Shown: in pieces, positions 46,122-54,308 of the stretch
How the letters are laid out: each line of letters begins with the position of its first letter
Numbering within the stretch: position 1 is the stretch's first letter
From: Acidimicrobiia bacterium
GTDB lineage: Bacteria > Actinomycetota > Acidimicrobiia > IMCC26256 > PALSA-610
NCBI GenBank assembly: GCA_038240075.1
Contig: JBBSEC010000005.1
Coordinates: forward strand, 4,111-68,110
Length of the DNA stretch: 64,000 nt
Direction: 5' to 3'
Translations under genes and position numbers: made by a program
The notes under the pieces: generated by a model
What the model saw: only the letters and a program-made list of their open reading frames with translations
Databases searched by the model: none
What the model was told of the DNA's origin: nothing

Positions 46122-47129
46122 ATGGACTTCTCGCTCACCCCAGACCAGGAGCTGTTGCGCGACACCGCGCGCGCACTGCTCACCAACGAGTGCCCGACGT
46201 CACTCCTGCGCGCACACATGACCGACCGCGCGGTGGCGGAGCCACTCTGGCGTCACCTCCGCGACTTCGCCGCGCTCGGCACCGGCGAGGCAACCAACCT
46301 CTGTGTCTTCCTGGAGCAGACCGGGTACGTCGCCGCGCCGGGCCCGTTCTTCGCGTCGGCCGCGCTGTGCGCGCCGCTCCTCGCCGCGGTGGGCCATCCC
46401 GCCGCCGAAGCCGTCGCCGCGGGCGAATCGGTCGGCACGGTCGCCGTGGCGGGCAGTTCGGGCGAGTGGCTGCCCAACGCCGAACCGGTCAAGTTCTTCG
46501 TGCTCGACGCCGACCTCGCCGACTGCATCGCGGTCGTCGAGCCCGGTCCGTCGGTGCGCGTGATCACGAAGCCGGCGGCGGCGGCGCAGCGCGAGATCGG
46601 CACCGTCGATTCGACGCGCCGCGCCTTCCGGCTCGAAGTCGCGGCACACGAAGGTGACTCCGCTCCGATCGCGCCCGAGGCGTGGCGGGCGTGGCGCGAT
46701 CGGGCGCACGCCGCGCTCGCAGCCGAGATGGTCGGGACCGCACGGCGGATGTTCGACATGGCGCTCGACTACGCGAAGGAGCGCAAGCAGTTCGGCACAC
46801 CGATCGGCGCGTTCCAGGCGATCCAGCACAAGCTCGCCGACCTCGCGCTCGCACTCGAACGCGCAACCGCCGCGGTGCAGTACGCGTCGATGACCGTCGA
46901 CGACGGCGACGATCCCCTCGAGCGAACCCGCGCCTGTCACGTCGCCAAGGCCGCGGCCGGCGACGCCGCACGCCGGTGCCTGAAGGACGGCATCCAGATC
47001 CACGGCGGCATCGGCTACACGTGGGAGCACGACCTCCATCTCTTCATCCGGCGCGCGACCGCATCGGAGTTCCTGCTCGGCCCGACGTCGTGGCACCACG
47101 ACCGCCTCGCCGACCTCCTCTTCGCCTGA
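46122..47129 (+). CDS. Acyl-CoA dehydrogenase family protein (second, shorter subunit)
   Basis: 335 aa, starting 2 nt after the previous stop. YAKERKQFGTPIGAFQAIQHKLADL and IHGGIGYTWEHDLHLFIRRA. Confidence 0.88.
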   Translation: MDFSLTPDQELLRDTARALLTNECPTSLLRAHMTDRAVAEPLWRHLRDFAALGTGEATNLCVFLEQTGYVAAPGPFFASAALCAPLLAAVGHPAAEAVAAGESVGTVAVAGSSGEWLPNAEPVKFFVLDADLADCIAVVEPGPSVRVITKPAAAAQREIGTVDSTRRAFRLEVAAHEGDSAPIAPEAWRAWRDRAHAALAAEMVGTARRMFDMALDYAKERKQFGTPIGAFQAIQHKLADLALALERATAAVQYASMTVDDGDDPLERTRACHVAKAAAGDAARRCLKDGIQIHGGIGYTWEHDLHLFIRRATASEFLLGPTSWHHDRLADLLFA

Positions 47130-47184
47130 CGCGCGGGCACCGGGCGGGCGGACGCGGATTCGCCGAACGTGTGATCATGCCTGC

Positions 47185-48027
47185 ATGAAGCTCGGACTCT
47201 TCGCCGTCAACATGGGCGAGTCGTGGCGGCCGGAAGCGTTGGTGCGCACCGCCCGTGCCGCGGAAGCAGCCGGCTTCGACTCAGTGTGGGCCGGTGAGCA
47301 CGTGATCCTCCCCGACCCGCAGGTTCCACCGTCGCCGATGGCGCCGCAGGATCCTGCGCTCGACCCGCTCGTCGCGCTCACGTGGGCCGCCGCGCACACG
47401 ACCACCCTGCTGCTCGCGACCGGGATCGTGATCCTGCCGCAGCGCAACCCGGTGGTGCTCGCGAAGCAGGTTGCGAGTCTCGATGTGCTCAGCCACGGCC
47501 GGCTGCTCCTCGGAGTGGGTGTCGGGTACCTCGAGCCGGAGTTCCGGGCGATCGGTGCCGACTTCGAACATCGGGGTGCGGTCACCGACGAGTACCTCGA
47601 TGCGATGCATCACCTCTGGTACGACGAGCACCCCGAGTTCCACGGCCGCTTCGCCGACTTCGCCGGCGTCGACGCGCAGCCCCGGCCCGTGCAACAACCG
47701 GTCCCGATCGTGATCGGCGGGCACACCGCGCGCGCCTACCGACGCGCCGTCGCACGCGGCCAGGGTTGGTACGGCTTCTCGCAGACTCCGGAGACCGCGG
47801 CCGCGTCACTCGATGGTCTGCGCGCTGCGGCGTCGGACGTCGAACGCCCTTCCGAGCTCGGACCGCTCGAGATCACGATCACACCTCGAGGCCGCCTGAC
47901 GGCCGAGACCGCCGCCGCGTTCGCCGCGCTCGGCGTGCACCGGATCGTTCCGTTCCCTCCGCCCGCCGCCGACGGCGTCGACCAGACGATCGACACCGCG
48001 CTGCTCGCGATCGCCGGCTTGCAATAG
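47185..48027 (+). CDS. LLM-class F420-dependent oxidoreductase (TIGR03619-like)
   Basis: MKLGLFAVNMGE...AAGFDSVWAGEHVILP...GRLLLGVGVGY. 280 aa. Confidence 0.85.
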   Translation: MKLGLFAVNMGESWRPEALVRTARAAEAAGFDSVWAGEHVILPDPQVPPSPMAPQDPALDPLVALTWAAAHTTTLLLATGIVILPQRNPVVLAKQVASLDVLSHGRLLLGVGVGYLEPEFRAIGADFEHRGAVTDEYLDAMHHLWYDEHPEFHGRFADFAGVDAQPRPVQQPVPIVIGGHTARAYRRAVARGQGWYGFSQTPETAAASLDGLRAAASDVERPSELGPLEITITPRGRLTAETAAAFAALGVHRIVPFPPPAADGVDQTIDTALLAIAGLQ

Positions 48028-48074
48028 CTCACGTTCAGGTGCTGCCGATGTGTCGGCCGTCGGGGGTTCCCTGC

Positions 48075-49040
48075 TCAGCCCGCCAGCAGCTCGGCGATGA
48101 TCCCTTCGGGGTTCGTGCGCCACCCCATTCGCTGCCAGCCCGGCAACGCCGCGCCGACGTCGAAGATGCGGCCGTAGTGGATCTCGGTGAGCGCCTTCCA
48201 CAGCGCCCAACCCCGGCCGCGCTCCCACGCCGCGTCGTCGACGCCGAGTGCATCGCGAAACGCTCGGCGACTCGTTCCCGAGAACAGCGTCCACGCGATC
48301 GCCAGGTCGCACGCCGGATCTCCGATCGCGCTGCAGCCGAAGTCGATGACCCCCGACAACGCGCCGTCGGTGACGAGCAGGTTCGACGCGACGACATCGC
48401 CATGGACCCACACGTCCGGGCCGTCGAAGGCCGCGTCGAGCGCGGTCTCCCACACCGCGATGACCGCGTCACCGTCGATCTCGGAACACAGTGCACCCGA
48501 ACCCGGTGCACCCGAACCCGGTGCACCCGAACCCGGTGCACCCGGACCCAGTGCGGCGACGGCCGCGCGCGTCTCGTCATTCCAGGTCGTGAGCGGCCCG
48601 CCACGGAAGAAACTCTGGGCACCGGCACGCGGCCCGTCGGTCGCATTCGCGCGGTACAAGGCCTGGAGAAACCCACCGAGATCAGCCGCGAAACGGTCGA
48701 CGTCGCCGATCCGGTCGAGCGTCGCGGGCTCGCCACCCAGCCAGCGGTAGACCGACCAGGGACGCGGAAACTCCGGCGACGACGTGCCCTTCGCGAGGGG
48801 CTGCGGGATCGGGAGCGGCAGTTGCGGAGCGAGCACGGGGAGCCACCGGTGTTCCTTGTCGACCTGCACTGCGTAGGCATCGCCGCTCGGCAACCGCACC
48901 GACATCTCTGAACCCAGGCGGAACGTTGTGTTGTCCCACCCATCGAGCTCGACACGCGTCACGGGGAGTGCGCGCCACTCGGGAAACTGCGCCGCCAGCA
49001 ACCGCTCGACGAGCTCGGGAGTGATCTCCGACTTGTCCAC
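48075..49040 (-). CDS. Aminoglycoside/macrolide phosphotransferase-family (APH) kinase
   Basis: GTG start 3 nt after the ABC-F stop. It has a Brenner motif VHGDVVASNLLV, VIDFGCSAIGDP and WDNTTFRLG. It contains an in-frame (GAPGS)n insert. Confidence 0.88.
   Translation of the reverse strand: MDKSEITPELVERLLAAQFPEWRALPVTRVELDGWDNTTFRLGSEMSVRLPSGDAYAVQVDKEHRWLPVLAPQLPLPIPQPLAKGTSSPEFPRPWSVYRWLGGEPATLDRIGDVDRFAADLGGFLQALYRANATDGPRAGAQSFFRGGPLTTWNDETRAAVAALGPGAPGSGAPGSGAPGSGALCSEIDGDAVIAVWETALDAAFDGPDVWVHGDVVASNLLVTDGALSGVIDFGCSAIGDPACDLAIAWTLFSGTSRRAFRDALGVDDAAWERGRGWALWKALTEIHYGRIFDVGAALPGWQRMGWRTNPEGIIAELLAG
48491..48550. repeat. 15-bp tandem repeat x4 (GTGCACCCGAACCCG; the 4th copy has 2 mismatches) inside the APH gene
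   Basis: Units are 48491-48505, 48506-48520, 48521-48535 and 48536-48550 (GTGCACCCGGACCCA). On the minus strand they encode GPGAPGSGAPGSGAPGSGA. Confidence 0.95.
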
Positions 49041-49043
49041 GAC

Positions 49044-50714
49044 TCAGACGGCGTGGTCGGCGACGACGCGGCCGTCGAGGATCTCGATCGTGCGCGTGAA
49101 CCGGAGTGCGTCGATCAACCCGCGGTCGTGGGTCACGAGCAGCAGGGTGCCCTCGAAGCTCCCGAGCGCCTGTTCGAGCTGGTCGATCGCGGGCAGGTCG
49201 AGATGGTTCGTGGGCTCGTCGAGCACGAGGCAGTTGACGCCCGTCGCGCTCAGCAACGCGAGCTCCGCGCGTGTGCGCTCGCCCGGTGACAGTGTCGCCG
49301 GCGTGCGCTCGACGTGACCGGAGCCGAGCCCGAACTTCGCCAGCAGCGACCGGCTCTCGGCGACGAGCATCCCGCTCGCGGCACCGAACGCGTCGAGCAG
49401 CGTCGCGTCGCCCAGGAAGCGCCCGCGCGCCTGCTCCAACGTGCCGACGACGACGCCCGGGCCGACGCGACGCGTCCCCGACGCGAGCGGGAGGTCGCCG
49501 AGCAGTGCGCGCAGCAACGTGGTCTTTCCGCTGCCGTTGGGTCCGAGGATCGCGACCCGTTCGGCCCAGCCGATCTCGAGGTCGATCGGTCCGAGCACGA
49601 AGTCGCCGCGCTCGACGACCGCGTCTTCGAACCGCGCGACAACGCTGCCGCTGCGGGGCGCGGCCGCGATCTCCATCCGCAGCTCCCAGCCCTCCCACGG
49701 CTTCTCGACGACATCGAGCCGTTCGATTGCCCGCTCCGTGATCTTCGCCTTCGCGGCGACGTGCTCGCTCGAGTTGGTCTTGAAGTGACGGATGTGCTTG
49801 TCGTTCTCGTTGCTCTTGCGCACCTTGCTCACGCCCTGCAACGACCATTCGCGTTGCGTCTGCGCCCGCTGCGCCAACGTCGAGCGCTTCGACGAGTAGT
49901 CGGCGTAGGCCTCCTCGGCGTGTCGCCGCGCGACGGCGCGTTCCTCGAGGTACGCGCTCCAGCCACCGTTGAACTGCCGCGCGGTGTGATCGTGATCATC
50001 GAGCTCGAGGACCGCCGTGATCGTGCGGTCGAGGAACGCGCGGTCGTGCGACACGATCACCGCCGCGCCCGGGAGCCCGACGACGAACTCCTCGAGCCGG
50101 CTCAACCCCACGAAGTCGAGGTCGTTCGTCGGTTCGTCGAGCAAGAACACGTCGAAGCGCGACAACAGGATCGCCGCGAGCGACGCGCGCGCCGCTTCGC
50201 CACCCGAGAGCGCGCCGGTCGACAGGTTCAGCAGGCGCTCGGGTATTCCGAGCTCGGCACACACCACGCCGACGCGCCCGTCGAAGTCGGGCCCACCGAG
50301 CGCGAGGAAGCGATCGAGTGCATGCGTGTACGTGTCGTCGGCGTCGGGGCCGCCGACCGCGAGCTGGTCGGCCGCGGCCTCGAGCGCCGTCTCCGCAGCC
50401 GCGACACCCGTGCGCCGCGACAAGAACACGTGGAGCGTCTCGTCGGGCCGGCGGTCGGGCTCCTGCGGCAGATAACCAACGGTCGCGCTGGGAGGGATGC
50501 ACGTGACCGATCCCGCGTCGGGCGACTCCTGCCCCGCCAGGATGCGCAGCAGCGTCGTCTTACCGGTGCCGTTCGGCGCGACGACTCCGATGCGATCACC
50601 GGGCGCGACGGTGAGCGACACGTGCTCGAGCACGGAGCTCGGGCCGAACGACTTGGTGACGTCGCGGGCGACGAGCGACGCGACCCCGGAGGAATTGGAC
50701 GAAACGTGAGTCAT
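49044..50714 (-). CDS. ABC-F family ATPase (two NBDs, no TM domain)
   Basis: ATG 50714 (MTHVSSNSSGVASLVARDVTKSFG). Walker A motifs APNGTGKTT and GPNGSGKTT, and signatures LSGGEAARA and LSPGERTRA. The interdomain linker is ~80 aa. An in-frame ATG at 50804 is an alternative start. Confidence 0.9.
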   Translation of the reverse strand: MTHVSSNSSGVASLVARDVTKSFGPSSVLEHVSLTVAPGDRIGVVAPNGTGKTTLLRILAGQESPDAGSVTCIPPSATVGYLPQEPDRRPDETLHVFLSRRTGVAAAETALEAAADQLAVGGPDADDTYTHALDRFLALGGPDFDGRVGVVCAELGIPERLLNLSTGALSGGEAARASLAAILLSRFDVFLLDEPTNDLDFVGLSRLEEFVVGLPGAAVIVSHDRAFLDRTITAVLELDDHDHTARQFNGGWSAYLEERAVARRHAEEAYADYSSKRSTLAQRAQTQREWSLQGVSKVRKSNENDKHIRHFKTNSSEHVAAKAKITERAIERLDVVEKPWEGWELRMEIAAAPRSGSVVARFEDAVVERGDFVLGPIDLEIGWAERVAILGPNGSGKTTLLRALLGDLPLASGTRRVGPGVVVGTLEQARGRFLGDATLLDAFGAASGMLVAESRSLLAKFGLGSGHVERTPATLSPGERTRAELALLSATGVNCLVLDEPTNHLDLPAIDQLEQALGSFEGTLLLVTHDRGLIDALRFTRTIEILDGRVVADHAV

Positions 50715-50861
50715 GACAGACCTGCGCGGTGAGAGAAGAGGCACAGAGGCGGGGTTCGAGCAGCCGCTACCAACGCAAGGGCGCCGCACGATGGCGCAGC
50801 GCACGCGGATGCGACCGTGAAGACCGAGACTCAGCGTGCCACGAAGGAGAGGATACCGGAT

Positions 50862-52403
50862 CTAACCGATCTTGCGCTCCTGATTGCTCCACGCCTGCCC
50901 GCGCAGGAGTCGCTTCAACACCTTGCCGTTGGGGTGGCGGGGAAGCTCCGCGACCTGCTCCCACGACGCGGGGACCTTGTAGTCGGCGAGCCGCGCGCGA
51001 CACCACGCGTCGAGCTCGGCGTCGGTCACCGGCGTCCGCACCTCGATCACCGCGTGCAGGCGCTCGCCGAGACGATCGTCGGGAACACCGAACACCGCGC
51101 AGTCGACGACCGCAGGATTGGTGAAGAGCACGTCTTCGATCTCGCGCGGGTAGATGTTGACTCCGCCGCGGATCACCATGTCGTTCGCGCGGTCGGTCAG
51201 GTAGAGGTAGCCGTCGGCGTCGAGGTGGCCGACGTCGCCGACGGTGAACGCGTCGTCGCGCCACACCGAGGCCGTCTTCTCCTCGTCGTCGTGATAGTGG
51301 AAGCGCGCGCCCCCCGCGGGGCGGATGTAGACGAGGCCCGTCTCACCGGCCGGCAGCACGTGGGCATCGTCGTCGAGCACGCGCACCTCGACTCCCGGCC
51401 ACGGCAGGCCGACGCTACCGGGGCGCTCCCGCCACTCGGCGGGCGAGATGCGCGTCGCGCCGCCTTCGCTCGCTCCGTAGAGCTCCCAGACCTCGGCCGG
51501 CGCGAGCGCGTCGAGGATGCGCTCCTTCACCGGTACCGGGCACGGCGCGCCGCCGTGCACGATCACGCGCAACGACGAGAGGTCGAAGGCCGCCCGTTCG
51601 CTCTCCGGAACCTCGAGGATGCGGATGAAATGGGCGGGCGTCATGAACGAGATCGTCACGCGCTCCGACGCGATGAGGCGCAACCACTCGCGAGCGTCCC
51701 ACGCGCCCGTCGAACCCGGCTGCATGATCACCGAACGCGCTCCAACGAAGAGTGCCGACATCACGTAGCCGCCCGGCCCTGCGTGATACGCCGGACCCGA
51801 GAGGATGTAGACGTCGTCGCCGGTCCAGCCCCACAAGGCGACCTGCCCCTGCTGCACCGCGCCCGCGCGTGCGCCGGCGAACGAGGGGTGCACCACACCC
51901 TTCGGGCGGCCGGTCGTGCCCGACGTGTAGAACACCGGCGTCGCCAGCACCTCGCACTCTGCGAGCCTCCCCGACACCACCGCGGCCGCGATCACGCGTT
52001 CGTACTCGTCGGCCGCGCCACCCACCACGATCACCGCGCAACCGCTGCGGCCGACGGCCGGCTCGAAGTCATCACGAAGCCGCTCGTGCGCGATCAGCAC
52101 GCGGGCCTGCGAGTCGTCGAGGATGTACGCGAGCTCGTCGACCTTCAAATGGAAGTTCACGAGGACCACCGACGCCTCGAGCTTCGCGGCGGCCGCCCAC
52201 ACCTCGAAGAACGCAACGTCGTTCGGCAACATGATCGCCACGCGAGACCCGGCCTCCACTCCCCGCTCGCGCAGCGCGTAGGCCAGCCGGTTTGTGCGGT
52301 CGTCGAGCTCGCCGTAGCCGATGCGCCGCTCGCCGGCGACGAATGCGACCCGATCGGGAGCGTCGCGGCCGAATCCGCTCACGCCGGACGAGGCTGGTTC
52401 CAT
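50862..52403 (-). CDS. Acyl-CoA synthetase / AMP-dependent ligase (FadD-like)
   Basis: 513 aa. Motifs YTSGTTGRPKGV, GDVGHLDADGYLYLTDR and PRHPNGKVLKR. Confidence 0.92.
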   Translation of the reverse strand: MEPASSGVSGFGRDAPDRVAFVAGERRIGYGELDDRTNRLAYALRERGVEAGSRVAIMLPNDVAFFEVWAAAAKLEASVVLVNFHLKVDELAYILDDSQARVLIAHERLRDDFEPAVGRSGCAVIVVGGAADEYERVIAAAVVSGRLAECEVLATPVFYTSGTTGRPKGVVHPSFAGARAGAVQQGQVALWGWTGDDVYILSGPAYHAGPGGYVMSALFVGARSVIMQPGSTGAWDAREWLRLIASERVTISFMTPAHFIRILEVPESERAAFDLSSLRVIVHGGAPCPVPVKERILDALAPAEVWELYGASEGGATRISPAEWRERPGSVGLPWPGVEVRVLDDDAHVLPAGETGLVYIRPAGGARFHYHDDEEKTASVWRDDAFTVGDVGHLDADGYLYLTDRANDMVIRGGVNIYPREIEDVLFTNPAVVDCAVFGVPDDRLGERLHAVIEVRTPVTDAELDAWCRARLADYKVPASWEQVAELPRHPNGKVLKRLLRGQAWSNQERKIG

Positions 52404-52415
52404 CGACCTAAACTA

Positions 52416-52431
52416 CTGACATCAGCGTCAG
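52416..52431. promoter_or_regulatory. Palindrome CTGAC-N6-GTCAG in a divergent promoter region (candidate operator, second copy)
   Basis: aCTGACatcagcGTCAGt lies between the fadD-like start (52403) and the hydantoinase B start (52479), inside a locally AT-richer stretch. Confidence 0.35.
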
Positions 52432-52478
52432 TTTCGCGAGTGACGCCGGCTGATTGCCGTTCGATTGCAGGGGGACGA

Positions 52479-54308
52479 ATGACGAACGTCGACATGGTGC
52501 GCCTGGCCGGGAGCCGGCAGCGCCTGAGCGAGCACCCGACCGTCGATCCGGTGACGGCGGAAGTCATCCGCGGCGGCATGGAGACCATCTGCTTCGAGAT
52601 GGCGATGTACGTGTCGCGCACCGCGACCACACCGATCCTGAACCAGAGCAACGAACGCAACGCCACCATCCTCGACGCGCAAGGTCGGCTCGCCGCGCTG
52701 TCGGTCGGCATCCCGCAGTTCATGCTGACGTCGACGCTGCCGGTGCGCTTCGCGCTCGAGTTCCTCGGCATCGCCGAGTTCCGCGAGGGCGACGTGTTCG
52801 TCGCCAACGACCCGTACCACGGCGGCGGCCATCTCCCCGACTACAACGTGTTCGCGCCCGTGTTCGCCGACGACGGCAACGGTGGGCGCCGCATGGTGCT
52901 CATCGCCAGCATCCAGTGCCACCACGGCGACACCGGCGGCGCGGTGCCAGGCGGCTACAACGTCACCGCGGCCGACATCTGGGGCGAGGGCGTGCGCTGG
53001 CCGGTCGTCAAGGTGATCGACCGCGGGGTCGAGCGTCGCGACGTGCTCTACGCGCTGCAGGCCAACAACCGCATCCCCGACTACATCGGCGACCTGCGCG
53101 CGCAGATCGGATCCGCGCAGCTCGGCGTGCAGCGGCTCTCCGACATCCTCGACCACCACGGCGTGGTGACCGTCGAAGAGTCGGTCGACTACATGATCGA
53201 CTACGCGGCCCGCCGGTTCCGCGAAGAGGTCACCGAGTGGCCCGACGGTGCGTACGAAGCCGACGCCTACGTCGACCACGATCCGCTCGGCAATCCCGAT
53301 GTGCACCTTCACGTGAAGATCACGGTCGACGGCCACAAGCTCACGATCGACTACTCGGGCAGCGACACGCGCCCCGAGCTGCAGGCGTGGTCGACCTACG
53401 GCAACACGCGCGGGTACACGATCGGTCAGATCGCATCGATGATGGACCCGGAGATCCCGAAGAACGAAGGCTTCTTCGATCAGATCGGGCTCGTCGTCCC
53501 GCAGGGTTGCGTGCTCAATCCCCCGCCGGGCCGTCCGGTGAGCGCGGGCACGCACCATCCCGGCGCCGACGTCGGTGAGGTCATCGCGGTCGCGATGCAG
53601 CACGTGCTCCCCGACAAGGCCGTGCCGCAGACCTACAAGACGGGTATCCCCACGATCATCGTCGGCGTCGACCCGAAGACCGGGCAACGCTTCACCGACC
53701 ACTCCGCCGAGGTCTACGCCGGCTGGTGCAACGCCGCGAAGGGCATGGACGCGTGGGGTGCGCTCAACGCGTCGTTCGGCAATCTCTGGAAGGCGACGGC
53801 GGAGATCAACGAGAGCCTGTTCCCGCACGTGCAGTGGGGCCGCGACTACCGCACCGACTCCGGCGGCGCCGGGGAGTGGCGCGGCATCTGCGGCAGTCAC
53901 TACGAGAAGGAAGTGCGCGTCGACGCGACCGTCTACACGTACGTCGTCGGCATGAAGTACCCGATGCCGGGCATCTGCGGCGGCCAGAACGGCTCACCGA
54001 ACGAGATGATCATCCGCTACGGATCCGACGATCCCTACCGCGTCGCGCACACCGCGAACTACGTGCCGATCGCCGCAGGCGAACGGATCATGTTCGACTA
54101 CGGCGGCGGTGGCGGTTGGGGCAATCCCCTCGATCGCGATCCGCAGGCGGTGCTCGACGACGTGCTCGACGAGTACGTGAGCATCGACGGTGCGCGCCGC
54201 GACTACGGCGTCGTCATCTCCGGCTCGCTCGAGGACCTCACCGTCGCGATCGACACCGAGGCCACCCACGCCCTCCGCTCCGAGATGCGCAGTATCTCGC
54301 AGCCATGA
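52479..54308 (+). CDS. Hydantoinase B/oxoprolinase-family protein
   Basis: ATG 52479. DPVTAEVIRGGMETICFEM and VANDPYHGGGHLPD. The 554 codons upstream in the same track ORF are antisense to the fadD-like gene and are discarded. Confidence 0.9.
   Translation: MTNVDMVRLAGSRQRLSEHPTVDPVTAEVIRGGMETICFEMAMYVSRTATTPILNQSNERNATILDAQGRLAALSVGIPQFMLTSTLPVRFALEFLGIAEFREGDVFVANDPYHGGGHLPDYNVFAPVFADDGNGGRRMVLIASIQCHHGDTGGAVPGGYNVTAADIWGEGVRWPVVKVIDRGVERRDVLYALQANNRIPDYIGDLRAQIGSAQLGVQRLSDILDHHGVVTVEESVDYMIDYAARRFREEVTEWPDGAYEADAYVDHDPLGNPDVHLHVKITVDGHKLTIDYSGSDTRPELQAWSTYGNTRGYTIGQIASMMDPEIPKNEGFFDQIGLVVPQGCVLNPPPGRPVSAGTHHPGADVGEVIAVAMQHVLPDKAVPQTYKTGIPTIIVGVDPKTGQRFTDHSAEVYAGWCNAAKGMDAWGALNASFGNLWKATAEINESLFPHVQWGRDYRTDSGGAGEWRGICGSHYEKEVRVDATVYTYVVGMKYPMPGICGGQNGSPNEMIIRYGSDDPYRVAHTANYVPIAAGERIMFDYGGGGGWGNPLDRDPQAVLDDVLDEYVSIDGARRDYGVVISGSLEDLTVAIDTEATHALRSEMRSISQP

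Noticed and set aside
48491-48550. Regularly spaced direct repeats considered as a possible CRISPR array.
   Set aside because: The repeats are contiguous 15-mers with no spacers. They lie in frame within a kinase gene, and no cas genes are in the window.
50817-52478. The N-terminal 554 codons of the 1163-aa plus-strand ORF (50817-54308).
   Set aside because: This part is antisense to the well-supported acyl-CoA synthetase gene and is Arg/His/Asp-rich with no motifs. Recognisable hydantoinase B sequence starts only at ATG 52479. It is a typical high-GC shadow ORF.
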